20,420 nucleotides of DNA, taken from Macrostomum lignano. Taxonomy: Eukaryota. Where the stretch lies: NCBI GenBank assembly GCA_002269645.1, contig NIVC01005222.1, positions 1 through 20,420 of the forward strand, in the 5' to 3' direction. Every line of letters starts with the position of its first letter. Position 1 is the stretch's first letter. Shown in pieces: positions 18,883 through 20,420 of this stretch. Position numbers and translations under genes: made by a program. Below the pieces are notes generated by a model. That model was not told the DNA's origin, searched no databases, and saw nothing but the letters and a program-made list of their open reading frames with translations.

Positions 18883-19347
18883 TCACCAAGGTCTCCAGAG
18901 GCTGTCTCCGGTGGGCACGCCGCCGCTGTCGTCAAGGCAACAACGGTCGCCGATCACCGTCGGCTCGTACGGCCCGGGCGAAATCGGCTCGTAGCGCGGC
19001 TGCTCCGGCGGCGGCGGCTGCTCGCGAAAGGCGCGCCGCTTCTTCGCCGGCGGCTGCAGCTGCCGCATCGGCGGGGCGGCGGTGCCGACCGAGGGTTCGG
19101 CGAGGCCGACAGCTCAATGAGCGCCGCGGCGGCCGTGGCGGTGGCGCTGGCTGCGGCCAGCGAAGTTGTCGACAACTTCTTCGGGGTCGGCGGGGTCGCC
19201 GAGTGCTGATTGGACAGATCGCCCAGGGCCGGCCGGCTGGCGGCGGCGGAGAGGGCGGATATGGGGGAGGGCGCGGGAGCGGACGCGAGCGCGGCCAGTT
19301 TCTCGCGCCCGATAGCCGCAGGCGAGTCCGCATTGTCCAGATAGCCC
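18883..19347 (-). CDS. 3' terminal coding exon of an unidentified Pro/Ala-rich, probably nuclear protein (upstream exons beyond the window); one apparent -1 frameshift at 19073-76
   Basis: GC-rich island. Acceptor gctgac...aacccgcag|G at 19348/19347. Reading: GYLDNADSPAAIGREKLAALASAPAPSPISALSAAASRPALGDLSNQHSATPPTPKKLSTTSLAAASATATAAAALIELSASPNPRSAPPP, then after one added C: PPMRQLQPPAKKRRAFREQPPPPEQPRYEPISPGPYEPTVIGDRCCLDDSGGVPTGDSLWRPW*. AATAAA follows. Confidence 0.55.
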
Positions 19348-19433
19348 CTGCGGGTTGGGTTTGAGCTCAGTCAGCATCTGACTGTTCTGCTTTTGCTACT
19401 GTAAGTACGAGCGGTGAAATGTAAGAAAATGTC

Positions 19434-20420
19434 TCAGGCCATAGACTAATCAGACACATGAGCATACAGCTCAGGCCAGACTACTCAGACACATGAGCAC
19501 AAAGCTCAGGTCAGAGACATCACACAGACACTGATGAGCACACAGCTCAGGTCAGAGACATCACACAGACACTGATGAGCACACAGCTCAGGTCAGAGAC
19601 ATCACACAGACACTGATGAGCACAAAGCTCAGGTCAGAGACATCACACAGACACTGATGAGCACACAGCTCAGGTCAGAGACATCACAGAGACACTGATG
19701 AGCACACAGCTCAGGTCAGAGACATCACACAGACACTGATGAGCACACAGCTCAGGTCAGAGACATCACACAGACACTGATGAGCACAAAGCTCAGGTCA
19801 GAGACATCACACAGACACTGATGAGCACACAGCTCAGGTCAGAGACATCACACAGACACTGATGAGCACACAGCTCAAGTCAGAGACATCACACAGACAC
19901 TGATGAGCACACAGCTCAGGTCAAGAGACATCACACAGACACTGATGAGCACACAGCTCAGGTCAGAGACATCACACAGACACTGATGAGCACACAGCTC
20001 AAGTCAAAGACATCACACGGACACTGATGAGCACACAGCTCAGGTCAAGAGACATCACACAGACACTGATGAGCACACAGCTCAGGTCAGAGACATCACA
20101 GAGACACTGATGAGCACACAGCTCAGGTCAGAGACATCACACAGACACTGATGAGCACACAGCTCAGGTCAGAGACATCACACAGACACTGATGAGCACA
20201 AAGCTCAGGTCAGAGACATCAACAGACACTGATGAGCACACAGCTCAGGTCAGAGACATCACACAGACACTGATGAGCACACAGCTCAAGTCAGAGACAT
20301 CACACAGACACTGATGAGCACACAGCTCAGGTCAAGAGACATCACACAGACACTGATGAGCACACAGCTCAGGTCAGAGACATCACACAGACACTGATGA
20401 GCACACAGCTCAAGTCAAAG
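19434..20420. repeat. 41-bp tandem array (gagcacacagctcaggtcagagacatcacacagacactgat), >22 copies, runs off the window end; probably intronic to the minus-strand gene
   Basis: gatgagc recurs at 19533, 19574 and onward. There are 40/42-bp variants and a degenerate lead-in from ~19434. Confidence 0.98.

Noticed and set aside
18780-19377. Plus-strand ORFs 18780-19364 and 18841-19209, and a TGA-readthrough model joining 19377-19114 with 19068-18883
   Set aside because: The plus ORFs are Arg/Gly-rich antisense shadows. The readthrough frame is Arg-rich noise upstream, whereas the alternative frame carries coherent motifs and joins by a single homopolymer base.

Overview
Eukaryotic (invertebrate-type) genomic DNA with GT-AG introns. 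The LINE and Mab-21 sequence styles recall the flatworm Macrostomum, but this is recollection and unverified. By manual splicing and translation I reconstruct four genes. (1) A 2-exon secreted galactose-binding-fold/F-type-lectin-like protein (674-2210,+). (2) An intact 3-exon secreted PAN/apple + Ser/Thr linker + LamG/ConA-like protein (6597-7903,+). (3) The main feature, a ~1,460-aa protein with ~25 ankyrin repeats fused to a Mab-21/cGAS-like (cGLR) nucleotidyltransferase with an apparently intact catalytic triad (11789-16366,+). (4) The terminal exon of a minus-strand gene with D-box, CDK-site and NLS motifs (19347-18883). Genes 1, 3 and 4 are broken only by small deletions, mostly in homopolymer runs, which points to long-read consensus error rather than pseudogenisation. 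The rest is a decayed RTE-like LINE RT fragment, MITE/foldback-like inverted repeats, a possible THAP relic, two diverged copies of a dispersed repeat, and eight tandem arrays (about a fifth to a quarter of the window), several with higher-order structure. There is no CRISPR array, rRNA or intact tRNA.
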